In this document: one piece after another, positions 10,718 to 22,568 of the stretch
How positions within the stretch are numbered: the first letter of the stretch is position 1
How the letters are laid out: every line of letters starts with the position of its first letter
Origin: an uncultured Anaerolineae bacterium
GTDB taxonomy: Bacteria; Chloroflexota; Anaerolineae; Aggregatilineales; Ch27
Assembly: GCA_964533805.1 (NCBI GenBank)
Contig: CAZHMJ010000001.1
Coordinates: 9,978-73,977 of the forward strand
Direction of reading: 5' to 3'
Length of the DNA: 64,000 nucleotides
The notes under the pieces: model-generated
Databases searched by the model: none
Told to the model about the DNA's origin: nothing
What the model saw: the letters and a program-made list of their open reading frames with translations, nothing else
Made by a program: the position numbers and the translations under genes

Positions 10718-10760
10718 CACGGCTGGCATCCTGGTGAGGATGCCAGCCGTGCGGTTTTGT
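10718..10760 (+). terminator. rho-independent terminator hairpin (usable from both strands)
   Basis: Perfect 14-bp stem cacggctggcatcc (10718..10731) / ggatgccagccgtg (10738..10751) with a 6-nt loop, followed by cggttttgt. Preceded by an A-rich run, so it can also terminate the convergent minus-strand gene. Confidence 0.8.
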
Positions 10761-10774
10761 ATCGGCGACGGATA

Positions 10775-11005
10775 CTACAGGCCGATATCGATCCGGCCCA
10801 GGGCGATCAGGATCAGCGTGCCGATCACAGAGGTCGCCAGGAACAGCATAATCGAGAGCAGCATGCGTTCCACGGCGTTCATCCCCAGGATGCGCCGCTC
10901 CTCCACTTCCGCTTCTGGAACAGCCACGTCGGCTTCCAGTTCTGCCCCAAAGAGATCGTCGTCATTCTCCAACGCGCTTTCGCGCAGGCGGTCTAACATC
11001 GACAT
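10775..11005 (-). CDS. small acidic protein with a C-terminal TM helix (hypothetical)
   Basis: ATG at 11005 is preceded by GGAGGA (plus-strand tttcctcc at 11011..11018). Translation MSMLDRLRESALENDDDLFG...MLLSIMLFLATSVIGTLILIALG. The longer ORF-track start at 11203 is unlikely. Confidence 0.55.
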   Translation of the reverse strand: MSMLDRLRESALENDDDLFGAELEADVAVPEAEVEERRILGMNAVERMLLSIMLFLATSVIGTLILIALGRIDIGL

Positions 11006-11075
11006 CGCGTTTCCTCCGCCAGACTCAAAAAACCACCTGTGATCGCCACCAGCATATAGCGTTCGCCCGTCCGTG

Positions 11076-12485
11076 TCAATTGCCACCAGGGAAGGCCGGA
11101 TCGGCCACGCTGCGCCGCCACACCCCGTCCACCAGCCGGAAAGTGATCGGGCCTTCGCTCCCGTCGGGGTAGCGCACCACCACCCAGGCGCGGCTCTCGC
11201 CATCGCTGCCCGGCCCCACCACCACCCGGATCACGGTCAGCACGGGCACGTTGGCGGCCTGCGGATCGCTGACCAGGGCCAGGGCTTCGTCGACCGCCTG
11301 GTCGTCATAGAGACCCAACAATCCAGCCTGGTCGCCCTGTCCCAGCAGGAACGGTTCCAGGGCCAGCCGCCACTGGAAGAACTCCCGCCATTCGACCTGG
11401 AGCTGATCCAGCGGAATCTCGAACGCCGTTGCCAGCATGCCGATGGTCGAGTCCGGCTGCACCACGCGGGCCAGCATGCCCACCGCCTGGTCGCCATAGG
11501 CCCGCGCCAGGCTCTCCACAAAGCTGGAGCCCAGCGCCCCGCCATCGCCCAGGAAACGCCCGGCCAGCCAATCCTCCAGTGCGCCCACCACGAAAGCCGC
11601 GTCGGTCGTTGGCTGGGGTTGCAGCCCGCCGAGGGCCTGGCGCACCAATCGCGCGGCCAGAAGCCGGCCCACCTGTCCGGCCAGCTCCGGCGCCAATGGC
11701 ACGTCGACCCTGGCCCGGTCGGTCAGGGGAGAGGCGATCAGCAGCTCGTCCGGCACGTCCGGCGACCAGGAAACTCCAACCGCCGCTTGCGGCACGATAC
11801 GCACCGTCAGCGCCGGCAGCGGCGTGGCACAGGCCAGCCAGCGGCAGCCCTCGCCCCAGACCAGGTCGAGCGAGGGTTTGAGCGCCTCGGCCAGGGGCCG
11901 GTCCAGTTCGGCGAAGATCAGGCTGAGATTATTGCCTTCCACGGCCGTTTCCTCGCCCCAGAAGGTAATATCCGCCGGGACGTGCCGCCAGCCATCGGCA
12001 TAGCGCCAGTAAAACCACAGGCGTTGGTAACGTTCTCCATTGACGACTTCCTCGACCAGGGCACGCGCCCGGTTCTCGTCGATCGTCAGGTCCAGCACCC
12101 GGCCGGTCAGATCGATATCCTGCTCCAGCTTGAGCTGCTGGTAGGTCCAGTACAGGTTGGTCTGGCCCAGCAGCCAGCTTTCGCTCTCGCTGCGCTGGAT
12201 GTTCAGGTACGCGGCGATATCGCCAATCCGCAGAGCAGTCGCCTCCGCCGCGACCGTGTCCCGAAGCTGGCGCTCGATGGTGCTGTCCACCGTCCACAGC
12301 CGCCACAGCACCAGCCCCACCACCCCGACGATCAGGCCCGCCACCAGGAATACCGCCAGCAAGGCCCGGCGGCGGTTGGCCCGGCGCTGCATCCGGTCGC
12401 GCGGATGCTCGCCCAGATCGTGATAGGCCTCGCGCTCGGATTCGATCTCCCAATCCAGCTTCACGCCCATGCTAAGCCAACCCAT
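11076..12485 (-). CDS. hypothetical membrane-anchored protein
   Basis: 469-aa ORF with a single N-terminal TM (ALLAVFLVAGLIVGVVGLVLW) and no motif I recognise. Overlaps the birA stop by 14 nt, or starts 1 nt after it if ATG 12470 is used. Confidence 0.6.
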   Translation of the reverse strand: MGWLSMGVKLDWEIESEREAYHDLGEHPRDRMQRRANRRRALLAVFLVAGLIVGVVGLVLWRLWTVDSTIERQLRDTVAAEATALRIGDIAAYLNIQRSESESWLLGQTNLYWTYQQLKLEQDIDLTGRVLDLTIDENRARALVEEVVNGERYQRLWFYWRYADGWRHVPADITFWGEETAVEGNNLSLIFAELDRPLAEALKPSLDLVWGEGCRWLACATPLPALTVRIVPQAAVGVSWSPDVPDELLIASPLTDRARVDVPLAPELAGQVGRLLAARLVRQALGGLQPQPTTDAAFVVGALEDWLAGRFLGDGGALGSSFVESLARAYGDQAVGMLARVVQPDSTIGMLATAFEIPLDQLQVEWREFFQWRLALEPFLLGQGDQAGLLGLYDDQAVDEALALVSDPQAANVPVLTVIRVVVGPGSDGESRAWVVVRYPDGSEGPITFRLVDGVWRRSVADPAFPGGN

Positions 12486-13254
12486 CCTCGCGGAGACTGA
12501 CGTCCCCGGCTAACAGGCGGTGCACGATCCCCTGGGAGTCACGCACCAGAAGCGCCCCCTGTTCGTCGATATCCAGCGCGATCCCCGCGAGGGTCTGCTC
12601 ACCCTGGCACGCGATCACCGGACGGCCCAGCAACCGGGCGCGGGATCGCCACGCCGCCAGGAGCGCCGGATCGCTCGCCCGCGGCAGCCAGCCATCCAGG
12701 CGAGCCAGCAGATCGCGCAGCAATGGCCCGCGATCGGGAGCCTGCCCCAACGCTTCTTCGAGTGTAATCGCGCCTAATGCCCGCGTCTGGGCTTCAGTCA
12801 AGGCCGAGCGCCGGACGTTGACCCCGATCCCCAGCACCACACCCGCCAGACGATCCCCCTGCCAGACCGCCTCGGCCAGCATGCCGGACACTTTGCGGCC
12901 GTCGATCTGGACGTCGTTCGGCCATTTGATCCGCGCGGCTAGGCCCAGCCCTTCCAGACATTCGGCCAGCGCCACTGCGCCCAGCAGCGGCACCCGGCCC
13001 AGCATCTCCGACGGCAGCACCGGACGCACGATCACCGAAAGCAGGAGCGACGATCCGGGGGCGGCCAGCCAGGTCCGGCCTAAGCGGCCCCGCCCGGCGG
13101 TCTGCTCCTCGGCCAGGACGATCGCCCCGTCCGGCGCGCCTTCGAGCGCCCAGGCGGACGCCTCGCTATTGGTGCTGCCCGTCTGAGGGTAGTAACGGCA
13201 GGGCCGATCCAGGCCCGCCAGCCAATCCGGAAGATCGCGCGGTCGGTCCATCAT
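12472..13254 (-). CDS. birA: biotin--[acetyl-CoA-carboxylase] ligase (class I, no N-terminal HTH)
   Basis: 260-aa ORF with the biotin-binding loop GRGRLGRTW and KWPNDV. Confidence 0.88.
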   Translation of the reverse strand: MMDRPRDLPDWLAGLDRPCRYYPQTGSTNSEASAWALEGAPDGAIVLAEEQTAGRGRLGRTWLAAPGSSLLLSVIVRPVLPSEMLGRVPLLGAVALAECLEGLGLAARIKWPNDVQIDGRKVSGMLAEAVWQGDRLAGVVLGIGVNVRRSALTEAQTRALGAITLEEALGQAPDRGPLLRDLLARLDGWLPRASDPALLAAWRSRARLLGRPVIACQGEQTLAGIALDIDEQGALLVRDSQGIVHRLLAGDVSLREDGLA

Positions 13255-13390
13255 CGCCTCGTTTCTGATCCGCGATTCTAGCGCCCCGCCGGGGGCACGG
13301 TCAACCGCCGTTCGGATGACGATTAGGCAATCGTCCGGCTCTTGAGTACAATCAGACGGGTGAGGTAATCTTTGAACCGGACATTATCGC

Positions 13391-13882
13391 ATGGATCGCT
13401 TGTGGACGCCCTGGCGTATGACCTATTTGCGTGGTGATGCTCCCCGCCCGACCGGCTGCATTTTCTGCCACAAAATTGAAGCCGACGACGAAACCGAGCT
13501 GGTGGTCTACCGTTCGAGTCACGTTTACGCCACGCTCAACCTTTTCCCGTACAACAACGGCCACTTGCTGATTGTGCCGTACGCTCACGTCGGTGACCTG
13601 ACCGAGCTTGCCCCGGACGCGCTGACCGACCTGATGCAGACCGCCCAGCAGGCGGTCACAGCCTTGCGGGCGATCTACCATCCCCAGGCCTTCAACATGG
13701 GCCTCAATCTCGGCCCGGCGGCCGGGGCAGGCATCGCCGAGCATCTGCACATGCACATCGTGCCGCGCTGGGAAGGCGACAACAACTACATGACGGTGAT
13801 CGCCCAGACCCGGATCATCCCCGATCTGCTGGCGGATACCTACCACAAGCTGCGCGAGGCCTGGCCCGCGCGCTGTCCCTGA
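13391..13882 (+). CDS. HIT family hydrolase/phosphorylase
   Basis: 163-aa ORF with the histidine-triad motif HLHMHIVPR and N-terminal MDRLWTPWRMTYL, typical of the Ap4A-phosphorylase-like HIT branch. Confidence 0.85.
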   Translation: MDRLWTPWRMTYLRGDAPRPTGCIFCHKIEADDETELVVYRSSHVYATLNLFPYNNGHLLIVPYAHVGDLTELAPDALTDLMQTAQQAVTALRAIYHPQAFNMGLNLGPAAGAGIAEHLHMHIVPRWEGDNNYMTVIAQTRIIPDLLADTYHKLREAWPARCP

Positions 13883-13909
13883 TTCATCCTGCTGGAAAGG
13901 GCGCAAGCC

Positions 13910-15205
13910 ATGACCCAACGCTTTGATCTGGAATTGACCCCGGAAGAACGGGATGCCTTGAACGCCCTCGCGGCATCCGCCAGCCAGACCCGCGCCCGCC
14001 GTGCCCGAATCGTGCTCATGAGCGCCCAGCGCACCCCCCAGGTTACCATCGCCAGCGAGACCGGCCTTTCCGAGCGCCAGGTACGGCGCTGGCAGCGGGC
14101 CTTCCAGCGCCGGCGCATGGCGATCTTCGAGCCGGCCGCCGGCCGTTCGACGCGCGCGCCACGCAAAGCCAGGGCCGGAGCGGCCGTTGCCGCCCCACAG
14201 TCGGAAACACCCGCGCCACGGCCCGGCATCGACATCCCACGCCGGGCGCTAACCCTCGCCGACAAACCGGGAACACGCCCGGACGATCCGATGAGCGAGG
14301 CGGGGCGCAAAATCCTGGCCTTCCAGTTCGAACGGATGCTGCTCCATGAGCCAGGCAGCCGCCTGGGCGAAGATATCGAAGCCGTGCACGACATGCGGGT
14401 CACCACTCGCCGCCTGCGCAGCGCCTTCCGCATCTTCGAGCCGTATTACCGCCGCAAGGCGCTCCGCCCCCTGCTGCGCAATCTGCGCAAGACCGCCCGC
14501 TGCCTTGGCCGGGTGCGCGATCTGGACGTCTTCATCTTCAAATCGGAGCAGTACCAGGCCGGGTTGCCAGATCAAACCGGGCTGGCCCCCCTCCTGGAAT
14601 TCTGCCGGGCCGACCGGGAGGCCGCCCGCGCCGACCTGATCGCCCACCTGGACAGCCCGGCCTTCACCCGGTTCGTGGAAGAATTCGATCGGTTCGTCTC
14701 CACCCCCAATCGCGGCGTCGAACCGATCAGAGCGGACACGCCGGTCGCCTTCCAGGTACGGCACGTCGTCCCCCGCTTGATCTACACCGCCTACGAGAAC
14801 GTGCGGGCCTACGAAACGGCCTTCGACCAGGCCGATGTGTTGACCCTCCACGCGCTGCGGATCGAGGGCAAGCGGCTGCGTTATGCGCTGGAGTTCTTCG
14901 AGGAAGTGTTGGGCGGGGAGATAAAAGCGGTCATCCAGGCGACCAAACGGCTTCAGGATCATCTCGGTGACCTAAACGACACGGAAGTCGCCGGGCGCTA
15001 TCTACGCGAGTTCATGGCGCGCTTCGAGCAGGCTCAGGCGACCCTGCCTTTCGGCGAACGGGCCAACGTCGAGCCGGTCGTGCAATACCTGGCTCACCAA
15101 TATGCCGAAAAGCACCGCCTGCTGACGACCTTCCCGGAAACCTGGGCCGCCTTCAACGCGCCGGAGATCAAGCGCGGGCTGGCGCTGGCCGTCGCCGCGC
15201 TGTAG
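13910..15205 (+). CDS. CHAD domain protein with N-terminal IS630-type helix-turn-helix
   Basis: N-terminus LTPEERDALNALAAS...RRARIVLMSAQRTPQVTIASETGLSERQVRRWQRAF matches the HTH module seen at IS630-family transposase N-termini. The remainder has CHAD hallmarks (VHDMRVTTRRLRSAFRIFEPYY, HALRIEGKRLRYALEFF). Confidence 0.8.
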   Translation: MTQRFDLELTPEERDALNALAASASQTRARRARIVLMSAQRTPQVTIASETGLSERQVRRWQRAFQRRRMAIFEPAAGRSTRAPRKARAGAAVAAPQSETPAPRPGIDIPRRALTLADKPGTRPDDPMSEAGRKILAFQFERMLLHEPGSRLGEDIEAVHDMRVTTRRLRSAFRIFEPYYRRKALRPLLRNLRKTARCLGRVRDLDVFIFKSEQYQAGLPDQTGLAPLLEFCRADREAARADLIAHLDSPAFTRFVEEFDRFVSTPNRGVEPIRADTPVAFQVRHVVPRLIYTAYENVRAYETAFDQADVLTLHALRIEGKRLRYALEFFEEVLGGEIKAVIQATKRLQDHLGDLNDTEVAGRYLREFMARFEQAQATLPFGERANVEPVVQYLAHQYAEKHRLLTTFPETWAAFNAPEIKRGLALAVAAL

Positions 15206-16553
15206 CGATCCGGCCCACCAGCCAGTCGAACCCGGCCGCGGCCAGGGCCGCCTGCACCGGGTAGAGCGGCATGCTATAGCGCTGCCAGGCCAGCGGAATC
15301 GTGAGCAGGATCACGGCCGCGTTGAGCACCCCCCACAGGCCCACGGCCCAGCCAAGCGCCTGCCCGCGCCGGAGCGCGCCCAGCAGCGGCACTATTCCGA
15401 TCAGGCTCAGGCCCAGCAATCCGAGTCCGAGCAGCGTCGTCAGCCCGTTGGTCCCGACCTGGACCCCGGCCCACAGCGAGGTGCGGTACAAATCAATCTG
15501 GGCCGCCAGCGCCGGGTATTCGCTCCACCAGGGCGCTTCGAAGTAGACCGGCGGGGCGACGCTCAACTCGCGCAGCATCCCGCCCAGGCGCGCGCCGAAA
15601 TCGGGGTAGACGCTCCCCGGAAAGGCAGCCACCTGATCATTGACCAATCCCTGGCGCAGGGTCAGCACCTCGCTCACCCGGGCCAGCGGATCGCTCCACC
15701 AGGCGGGATTGAGCGCCAGGAATACGCCCAGGGCCATGATCCCGCTGGCGAGCAAGACCGCCAGGGCCAGTCCCGCCCGGCGCGGTTGGGCGCGCATCCC
15801 AAACAGGCTGATCCCCAACCCGCCGTAAGCGGCGGCAGCCACGGCCGCGCCGCTGTGCTTGCTGGCCACCAGCAAACCGGTCGCCAGTCCCAATCCGAGC
15901 GCGCCGCCCCACACCGCCCGCCGGGAAACAACCGGTCGTGTCAGGCGCTGCCCCCACGCCGCCGCAATCAGGATCACCAGCACGGAAAAGAATAGCAGCG
16001 CGCCTTCCATATAGGCCCGCCGCCCGTGGATCAGCACGACCGGGTGCAGGGCCAGGATCAGGCTGGCGGCATAAGCCGCCCGCCGCCCGCGCCACAACCA
16101 GCCCAGACCGAAGATTGCCGGGATACTCAGCGCCGCCAGGATCGACGATGACCAGCGCGCCGCGAGCAGCAGCCCGTCGGAAGGCATGTGCCCATCGGTC
16201 ACGTTCCAGTCCCAGTCCGCGCCCCACAGCCATTGATCGTTGAGATCGTCGATCTCGTACCCGGCCAGGCGGGCCGCCAGCCCGATGAGATACTTGGGCA
16301 GCGTGCCATTCAACAGGCGGAGGTGCTGCTCGGTTGCGTCGGGTGGCTCCGCCTGATAGAGCAGGCGCGCCCCATCCCCCCGGAGGATGTAGTAAGTGTC
16401 CCGGCTCATCATGATCTGGGTCGACTCGTCGCCATGAAACGGTACCAGATTCGTCCCGGCCAGCACAACCACCATCAGGGCGGCTACCCATAGGATATCC
16501 GCCCCGATTCTGGCCTCGCGCCGGGAAAACCAACCCTGAAGCCGCTTGATCAC
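15168..16553 (-). CDS. GT-C fold membrane glycosyltransferase (PMT_2/GT39/GT83-like)
   Basis: Multi-pass membrane protein with a DE motif in the first external loop (PFHGDESTQIMMSRD). GTG start 16553..16551 overlaps the upstream TGA stop (GTGA). The ORF-track start at 16850 lies inside the upstream gene. Confidence 0.6.
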   Translation of the reverse strand: MIKRLQGWFSRREARIGADILWVAALMVVVLAGTNLVPFHGDESTQIMMSRDTYYILRGDGARLLYQAEPPDATEQHLRLLNGTLPKYLIGLAARLAGYEIDDLNDQWLWGADWDWNVTDGHMPSDGLLLAARWSSSILAALSIPAIFGLGWLWRGRRAAYAASLILALHPVVLIHGRRAYMEGALLFFSVLVILIAAAWGQRLTRPVVSRRAVWGGALGLGLATGLLVASKHSGAAVAAAAYGGLGISLFGMRAQPRRAGLALAVLLASGIMALGVFLALNPAWWSDPLARVSEVLTLRQGLVNDQVAAFPGSVYPDFGARLGGMLRELSVAPPVYFEAPWWSEYPALAAQIDLYRTSLWAGVQVGTNGLTTLLGLGLLGLSLIGIVPLLGALRRGQALGWAVGLWGVLNAAVILLTIPLAWQRYSMPLYPVQAALAAAGFDWLVGRIATARRRPAPARA

Positions 16554-17047
16554 GTGATCGTCACCAGCGTTTTGTTCTGCTCGACATTTTCCCCCGCCCT
16601 GACGTGCACGGCATGCACCTTGCCCGCGCGAGGGGCTTTCAGCTCGTTCTGCATCTTCATCGATTCGAGGATGACCAGCGTCTCCCCGGCGTCGACGTCC
16701 TGCCCGATCCCAACCGGCACTTCGACGATCAAGCCGGGCATCGGGGCGCGGATCGCGATCTCGCCCCCAGCCGGCACGAACAGGGCGCTGGACTGGGCCA
16801 GGCGCTGCTCGCGCTCGTCCATCACCTTGACGTTGTACAGCGCACCCCACAGCAGGACGTCGTACTGGCCTTCCGCCTCGCGCACCAGCCCTTCGTAGGA
16901 CCGGTTGTTGACCAGCAGCGAGTAGAACGCCTTCTCATCCAGGGACAGGAAATCGACTTCGTGTTCGTGACCGTCGACCAGCAACTTGCCGTTCGGGCGA
17001 ATCTCGATGGTGTAGGTCTGGTCGTTGACCGTGGCCAGGTATTTCAT
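16550..17047 (-). CDS. biotin/lipoyl-attachment (BCCP-like) subunit of acyl-CoA carboxylase
   Basis: ATG at 17047 with RBS AAGGAG upstream. C-terminal biotinylation motif LESMKMQNEL. Confidence 0.85.
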   Translation of the reverse strand: MKYLATVNDQTYTIEIRPNGKLLVDGHEHEVDFLSLDEKAFYSLLVNNRSYEGLVREAEGQYDVLLWGALYNVKVMDEREQRLAQSSALFVPAGGEIAIRAPMPGLIVEVPVGIGQDVDAGETLVILESMKMQNELKAPRAGKVHAVHVRAGENVEQNKTLVTIT

Positions 17048-17064
17048 GCTTGGCTCCTTGCCCG

Positions 17065-18579
<1,515 letters not shown>

Positions 18580-18627
18580 GATCCCATTCCGCAATTCACT
18601 GGACAGGCACAGCTCTTATCGCCTTCG

Positions 18628-20187
18628 CTACAGCGGGATATTGCCGTGTTTCTTGGGCGGATTCGAATCCCGCTTGTTGCGCAGCATTTCCAGGGCGTTG
18701 ATCAGGCGCGGCCGCGTGTCGCGCGGCTCGATGATGTCGTCGATGTAGCCCCGCGACGCCGCCACGTACGGATTGGCGAAGCGCTCCCGGTATTCCGCCA
18801 CGAGTTTGGCCCGCAGCGAGTCGGCGTCCTCCGCCTTATCCAGCTCGCGCTTGAAGACGATGTTCACCGCCCCTTCCGGCCCCATCACGGCGAATTCCGC
18901 CGTCGGCCAGGCCAGGTTGAGGTCGGCCCGCACGGCAGCGCTGTTCATGACGCAGTACGCGCCGCCATAGGCCTTGCGCGTCACCACGGTGATCTTGGGC
19001 ACGGTCGCTTCGCAGTAGGCAAAGAGCAGCTTGGCCCCGGAGCGGATGATCCCGCCATGTTCCTGGGCCACGCCCGGCATGAAGCCCGGCACGTCCTCGA
19101 AGGTGATGATCGGGATGTTGAAGGCGTCGCAGAAACGGATGAAGCGCGCGGCCTTCTCGCTGGATTCGATATCCAGCACGCCCGCCAACACGGCTGGCTG
19201 GTTGGCGATGATCCCCACGCTGTGGCCGCCCAACCGGGCGAAGCCCACCACGACATTGGCGGCATAGTGCTCGTGCACTTCCAGGAAGCGCCGGTCATCC
19301 ACGATCAGCCGGATGACTTCCTTCATGTCGTAAGGCTTGTTGGGGTTATCGGGCACGATCGAGTCGAGGGCTTCCTCGACGCGCAGCGGATCGTCCTGGG
19401 TGGGCACGAAAGGCGGGTCTTCCAGGTTGTTCTGGGGGAGGTAGCTCAGCAACTCCCGGATCAGGAACAGGCAGTCCTCTTCGCTTTCGGTGGCGAAGTG
19501 GCTGACCCCGCTGACCGAGCTGTGCGTCACCGCGCCGCCCAGCGCTTCCTTGGTGACCACTTCGCGGGTGACCTGCCGGATCACGTCCGGCCCGGTCACG
19601 AACATGTGGCTGGTATCCTTCACCATGAAGATGAAGTCGGTCAGCGCCGGGCTGTAAACCGCCCCACCCGCGCACGGGCCCATGATCGCGCTGAGCTGCG
19701 GCACAACGCCGCTGGCCAGCGTATTGCGCAGGAAGATGCTGGCGAAGCCATCCAGACTGACCACGCCTTCCTGGATGCGCGCGCCGCCGCTGTCGTTGAT
19801 GCCGATGATCGGCGCGCCGTTCTTCATCGCCATTTCCATGATCTTGACGATCTTCTCGGCGTGGACTTCGCTCAGGCTGCCGCCCAGCACGGTGAAATCC
19901 TGGGAGTAGACGTAGATCAGCCGCCCTTCCACGGTCCCCCAGCCGGTCACCACACTGTCGCCCAGGAACTGCTTGTCCGGGTCGTCCATGCCAAAGTCCC
20001 GGCCGCGCTGGACGACAAAAGAGTCGATCTCGCGGAAGCTGCCCGGATCGAGCAGGATATCCAGGCGCTCGCGGGCCGATAGCTTGCCGGCCTGGTGCTG
20101 GCGGTCGATACGATCCTGCCCGCCGCCAAGCCTGCCCTGGGCGCGCCTGGCGCGCAGCATTGCGATTTTGGGATCGAGTTCAGTCAT
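18628..20187 (-). CDS. pccB: acyl-CoA (propionyl-CoA) carboxylase carboxyltransferase beta subunit
   Basis: 519-aa ORF with N-terminal [30 protein letters not shown] and tandem carboxyltransferase domains. Confidence 0.92.
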   Translation of the reverse strand: MTELDPKIAMLRARRAQGRLGGGQDRIDRQHQAGKLSARERLDILLDPGSFREIDSFVVQRGRDFGMDDPDKQFLGDSVVTGWGTVEGRLIYVYSQDFTVLGGSLSEVHAEKIVKIMEMAMKNGAPIIGINDSGGARIQEGVVSLDGFASIFLRNTLASGVVPQLSAIMGPCAGGAVYSPALTDFIFMVKDTSHMFVTGPDVIRQVTREVVTKEALGGAVTHSSVSGVSHFATESEEDCLFLIRELLSYLPQNNLEDPPFVPTQDDPLRVEEALDSIVPDNPNKPYDMKEVIRLIVDDRRFLEVHEHYAANVVVGFARLGGHSVGIIANQPAVLAGVLDIESSEKAARFIRFCDAFNIPIITFEDVPGFMPGVAQEHGGIIRSGAKLLFAYCEATVPKITVVTRKAYGGAYCVMNSAAVRADLNLAWPTAEFAVMGPEGAVNIVFKRELDKAEDADSLRAKLVAEYRERFANPYVAASRGYIDDIIEPRDTRPRLINALEMLRNKRDSNPPKKHGNIPL

Positions 20188-20654
20188 CGGGTACGGTCCT
20201 CACCATTCGGCCGGGAGCTTCCCGGCCCAGCATAAGCCCGCGTCGGCGGGCGATTCAAAACCCAGACCACCAGCATGACAGCAAGGGCGGTCATCAGAAC
20301 GGCAAACGGCCAGCGCCGGACGGCATAGTCCGCCTGGGCAAAAATCCGCCACCAGACTGACTGTGCCAGGCCGTAACCCACGACGAGAAGGAACACCCAG
20401 CGCCGGGTTCGGTTACGTCGCCGCCAGGTCTGCCAGGCCATCCAGGGAAAAGCGACTGCCCAGATCAGGCTGAAGATCACCTGAGCCAGCGGGGGGAAGC
20501 TCACCCCCAAGGCCTCATAGTCCGCACCGAACTGAAGCACCCGAACCGCCGCGATCAGGTGAACGATCCCGACAGCCAGGAAAGCCACACAGATCAGGCG
20601 CAGTCCGCGCGGCCGTTCGATGCGTTGGGCAGATGGGTCGTAAGAACCAGCCAT
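20184..20654 (-). CDS. small 4-TM membrane protein (hypothetical)
   Basis: Hydrophobic ORF. Its TGA (20186..20184) overlaps the pccB ATG (20187..20185) as ATGA. ATG 20654 or the upstream start at 20699. Confidence 0.55.
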   Translation of the reverse strand: MAGSYDPSAQRIERPRGLRLICVAFLAVGIVHLIAAVRVLQFGADYEALGVSFPPLAQVIFSLIWAVAFPWMAWQTWRRRNRTRRWVFLLVVGYGLAQSVWWRIFAQADYAVRRWPFAVLMTALAVMLVVWVLNRPPTRAYAGPGSSRPNGEDRTR

Positions 20655-20852
20655 AGGGTCGGCATTATAGCCCGGCAAGAAATGGGTCACAACCCACAAG
20701 TCCGATCGTCAGACCGGCGGCGATCCCGGCGGCAGCGCCATCCTCCGCACGTTATTCCGCACGGATGATAGACGCGATCCCCCCTCAAAATCTATCAGAT
20801 TGGGGGTTGCGAGGTGTTTCACGTCTATCCAGACAGACCCCGTCGGGATAAC

Positions 20853-20881
20853 AAAAAGCGGCGCGCACCTCGTCGCGCCGC
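20853..20881 (-). terminator. rho-independent terminator downstream of the mutase gene
   Basis: Perfect 8-bp GC stem gcggcgcg (20858..20865) / cgcgccgc (20874..20881). On the minus strand it is followed by TTTTTG (plus-strand aaaaa at 20853..20857). Confidence 0.7.
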
Positions 20882-20910
20882 CTGTCCTTCGTTCCACCCA
20901 ATCCCGCCGT

Positions 20911-22560
20911 TCAGATCATTACGTCCGGCCGGTATTCGCCAAACACCTTGCGCAGCACCCCGCAAATCTCGCCCAGGGTGGCATCGTGCTCCACGCACTC
21001 GATAAACAGCGGCAGCAGGTTCTCCGTCCCGCGCGCGGCCGTGTCGAGCCGTCCCAGCAGTTCGTTGACCTTGGCGCTGTCGCGCTCCGCGCGGAGCTGG
21101 GCCAGCCGGGCGCGCTGCTGCTGCTCGATCGCCGGGTCGACCCGTAGCAGGTTCATGTGCCGGGTTTCTTCCACCGTGAACTGGTTAACGCCGACCACGA
21201 CCTGGTCATGCGCCTCGACCGCCTGCTGGTAGGCGTAGGCCGCGTCCTGAATCTCGCGGGTCATGAAGCCGTTTTCGATGGCCGCCAGCGAGCCACCCAT
21301 CGCGTCGATCCGGGCGATGTATTCGCGCGCCTTCTGGTAGATCGCCTCGGTCAGCGCCTCGATCGCGTAGCTGCCGCCCAGCGGGTCGATCGTATCCGCC
21401 ACGCCGCTTTCGTAGGCGATGATCTGTTGGGTGCGCAGCGCGACCTGGACGGCTTCCTCGGTCGGCAGGGCCAGCGCCTCGTCCATGCTGTTGGTGTGAA
21501 GCGACTGCGCGCCGCCCAGCACCGCCGCCAGAGCCTGGATCGTGACCCGCACGATATTGTTCTGCGGCTGCTGGGCCGTCAGCGTGCTGCCGCCCGTCTG
21601 GGCATGGAACTTGAGCCGCAGGCTCTCGGCCTGCTGCGCGCCAAAGCGCTCGCGCATGATCTCGGCCCACAGCCGCCGCGCCGCCCGGAACTTGGCGACT
21701 TCCTCCAGAAACTGGTTGTGGGCATTGAAGAAGAAGGAAAGCTGCGGGGCGAACTCGTCGACTTCCAGCCCGGCCGCGATTGCCGCCTCGACGTAGGCGA
21801 TCCCGTCAGCCAGGGTGAAAGCCACTTCCTGCACAGCGGTGCTGCCCGCCTCGCGGATGTGGTAGCCGCTGATGCTGATCGTGTTCCACTTGGGGACGGA
21901 CTGCTTGCAGAAGGCAAACAGGTCCGTGATCAGGCGCATGCTCGGCCCCGGCGGGAAGATGTACGTCCCGCGCGCCAGGTATTCCTTGAGGATGTCGTTC
22001 TGGACGGTGCCGCGCAGCTTGTCCGGGCTGACGCCCTGCTGTTTGGCGACCGCGATATACAGGGCCAGCAGGATCGCCGCCGGGGCGTTGATCGTCATAC
22101 TGGTGGACACCTTGTCCAACGGAATCCCCTCGAACAACCGGGCCATGTCACGCAGGCTGCTGATGCTCACCCCGACCTTGCCCACCTCGCCAAGCGCCAT
22201 CGGGTCGTCGGCGTCGTAGCCGATCTGCGTCGGCAGGTCGAAGGCCACGCTCAGGCCGGTCTGCCCGGCGTCGAGCAGGTAGCGGTAGCGGGCATTCGAC
22301 TCTTCCGCGCTGGCATAGCCCGCGTACTGGCGCATCGTCCACAGCCGCCCGCGATACATGGTCGGCTGGACGCCGCGCGTGTACGGGTACTGGCCCGGAT
22401 AGCCGCTGGTCGTCTCGTAGTCCTGCGGCACATCCTCCGGCGTGTACAGGCGCTCCAGCGGAATTCCGGACGAGGTCTGAAAGTCAGACCGCCGTTCCGG
22501 GAACCGCTTGAGGGCTGGACCGAGAATCGTCTCTTCCCACTTTTGTCGTTCGTCGCTCAT
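20911..22560 (-). CDS. methylmalonyl-CoA mutase, catalytic (N-terminal TIM-barrel) subunit; no B12-binding domain in this ORF
   Basis: 549-aa ORF with mutase motifs [12 protein letters not shown] and [29 protein letters not shown]. The length indicates the split-type enzyme. Confidence 0.92.
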   Translation of the reverse strand: MSDERQKWEETILGPALKRFPERRSDFQTSSGIPLERLYTPEDVPQDYETTSGYPGQYPYTRGVQPTMYRGRLWTMRQYAGYASAEESNARYRYLLDAGQTGLSVAFDLPTQIGYDADDPMALGEVGKVGVSISSLRDMARLFEGIPLDKVSTSMTINAPAAILLALYIAVAKQQGVSPDKLRGTVQNDILKEYLARGTYIFPPGPSMRLITDLFAFCKQSVPKWNTISISGYHIREAGSTAVQEVAFTLADGIAYVEAAIAAGLEVDEFAPQLSFFFNAHNQFLEEVAKFRAARRLWAEIMRERFGAQQAESLRLKFHAQTGGSTLTAQQPQNNIVRVTIQALAAVLGGAQSLHTNSMDEALALPTEEAVQVALRTQQIIAYESGVADTIDPLGGSYAIEALTEAIYQKAREYIARIDAMGGSLAAIENGFMTREIQDAAYAYQQAVEAHDQVVVGVNQFTVEETRHMNLLRVDPAIEQQQRARLAQLRAERDSAKVNELLGRLDTAARGTENLLPLFIECVEHDATLGEICGVLRKVFGEYRPDVMI

Positions 22561-22568
22561 GGCGCTGG

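Noticed and set aside
13910-14130. IS630-family transposase remnant, based on the N-terminal HTH pattern (also at 29400..29590)
   Set aside because: No DDE transposase domain follows in any frame, the HTH is continuous with a CHAD domain, and the same architecture occurs twice. A domain fusion is more likely than IS debris.
22561-22568. Cobalamin riboswitch expected upstream of the methylmalonyl-CoA mutase
   Set aside because: Only 8 nt separate the mutase ATG from the upstream CYTH stop, leaving no room for a riboswitch. No B12-box-like sequence was seen upstream of the operon either.
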